A DNA stretch of 63,419 nucleotides, the filler included, from Octopus bimaculoides (taxonomy: Eukaryota): NCBI RefSeq assembly GCF_001194135.2. It is 5 parts of 4 records of this genome, joined end to end, with 100 filler letters (N's around TTAATTAATTAA, not from the genome) between each part and the next. Parts side by side here need not be neighbours in the genome. Positions count along the whole stretch, not along the records: positions 51,105 to 63,419 come from NC_068983.1; 4 more parts are not named here. One strand, written 5' to 3'. The position numbers were made by a program, and so were the translations under genes. This document shows, one piece after another, positions 62,089 through 63,419 of the stretch; the first letter of the stretch is position 1; each line of letters begins with the position of its first letter. The notes under the pieces were generated by a model. The model saw nothing but the letters and a program-made list of their open reading frames with translations. It was not told where the DNA came from and made no database searches.

Positions 62089-63376
62089 TATTTGATTATA
62101 TTGGTACATTATCATTTAATGCAGTGTAACTAGAAGTTGTGTAGCAGTGTAGAAGTGTAGCGTATTGCTTGGAGTCGTAAAAGAGTTCCTGTTTTATGTG
62201 AATGTTAGTTTGTTTCAGCATGGAATCTTATTCAAATATTTCACCGCACTTAATATTTCATATTAAATGGTTGCGTTTTTTCCCCTGTCGTGTTATTTAT
62301 GTGTTTGTAGTGGGAGTTAGGAACAGTGTGAAAAGTGTTGCTGACATTGATGCACAAGAGAAATGTCAGGGAAGCTATCAACTTGGATTAATGCTAAAAA
62401 GGATGAGCTGATTTCATTTGCCACTGCTGTGAAAATTTCTACGCTTTTCCTATCTTGTAAATGTCACGTGGCCTCAGTTTCTCTGGTGAAAAAAAAGACA
62501 AATAGTTTCGAAAAGACCAAAGCAAACAATTGACGTTAGATCGATATACAAAAGAAATATTGCTTCAACGTGAAAATATACATTAAACGAGCGTATTGGC
62601 TCTATCTTGATCCGTATTATTGGAAAACACAACAAATAGAATAAAAGACAAAATAAAAAAAAGAAAAAGAGGAACAAAAAGCAGAAACTGCTGAGAAATC
62701 GAACGAAAAATTGCTGTTAATAAAATTGATTTCTTTTGAGACAAAACAAGAATGATTTCTGTAAAGACGGTCGGATTCAGAGCAGTATATTACTGGTACG
62801 TATTTTAATAGATATGCAAAAAGTCAAAGGTAATCAAAACGGTGTTAAGGCTAGGTTCTTCAATACGTTTAATCCGGTAGAGTGTTGTGTTTCTTAGACG
62901 TAAGTGGGATCAAGGTATCTTGGAGTGATACGAGCATAAAAGGAATCAGAACAAAGAGTTTTATAACAACCTTGAAGGTAAAACACGATCAGACTTAAAA
63001 GATGAGAAATGTAGATGTGGTGAGGACGACATGGAATTAAGTTTAAAGTAACAAAGAAATTTTAGACATTGTGAAACGAGCAGAAGTTGTGTGGAGGGTT
63101 ATTTAGTCTCAGATGAATCGTAATAGATCTGCGACACATCAGCCATGACCATCTCGTCTATTTAGAAGTATGAAGGACTATATTGTCAAAACAGTCTTAA
63201 GGCAACAGATTTTACAGGCAGAGATTCTAGAATAAGGTTGCAGGAATAGTTGTGTGGTTAAGACATTTGCTTTGGAGTTAGGTTTTCCCGGGTTCGATCT
63301 CACGACAGCTCAGATCATAAGTCCTAAGTTGACTAAAGATTGATGGCAGACAGAAACTGTCACAGAAGTACATCAA

Positions 63377-63419
<43 letters not shown>

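Noticed and set aside
62850-63230. Possible degenerate LINE 3' fragment on the minus strand
   Set aside because: Only a vague resemblance (NSM...FSSFKS) with many stops; it cannot be assigned.

Overview
AT-rich, microsatellite-saturated eukaryotic DNA, most likely octopus. This is an inference from the recognisable tRNA-derived SINE families and the very high (TA)n/(CA)n/(TATG)n/(GAT)n/(AAT)n content. No protein-coding gene could be identified with confidence: nearly all long ORFs in the track are translated microsatellites or N gaps, and the rest are decayed transposable elements. These include a Penelope-like GIY-YIG endonuclease, a DD34D mariner, two DD37D (maT-like) transposases, fragments of REL-endonuclease (R4/Dong-like and HERO-like), Tx1/L1-like, CR1/L2-like and RTE LINEs, more than 20 SINE copies and several MITEs. 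Four 100-bp gaps (44 N + TTAATTAATTAA + 44 N) show the window is five artificially joined pieces. The most interesting observations are: (1) short non-autonomous elements carrying minimal type I hammerhead-ribozyme folds, one fused to a tRNA-like Pol III head and another family with a non-canonical CUGUUGA core in both copies; (2) several long inverted repeats that could be dsRNA/ADAR substrates; (3) an orientation-specific association of SINE and REL-LINE copies with (AAT)n tracts; and (4) a few isolated candidate exons and promoter-like islands. No rRNA, true tRNA gene or CRISPR array was found. TE boundaries are approximate unless termini are quoted.
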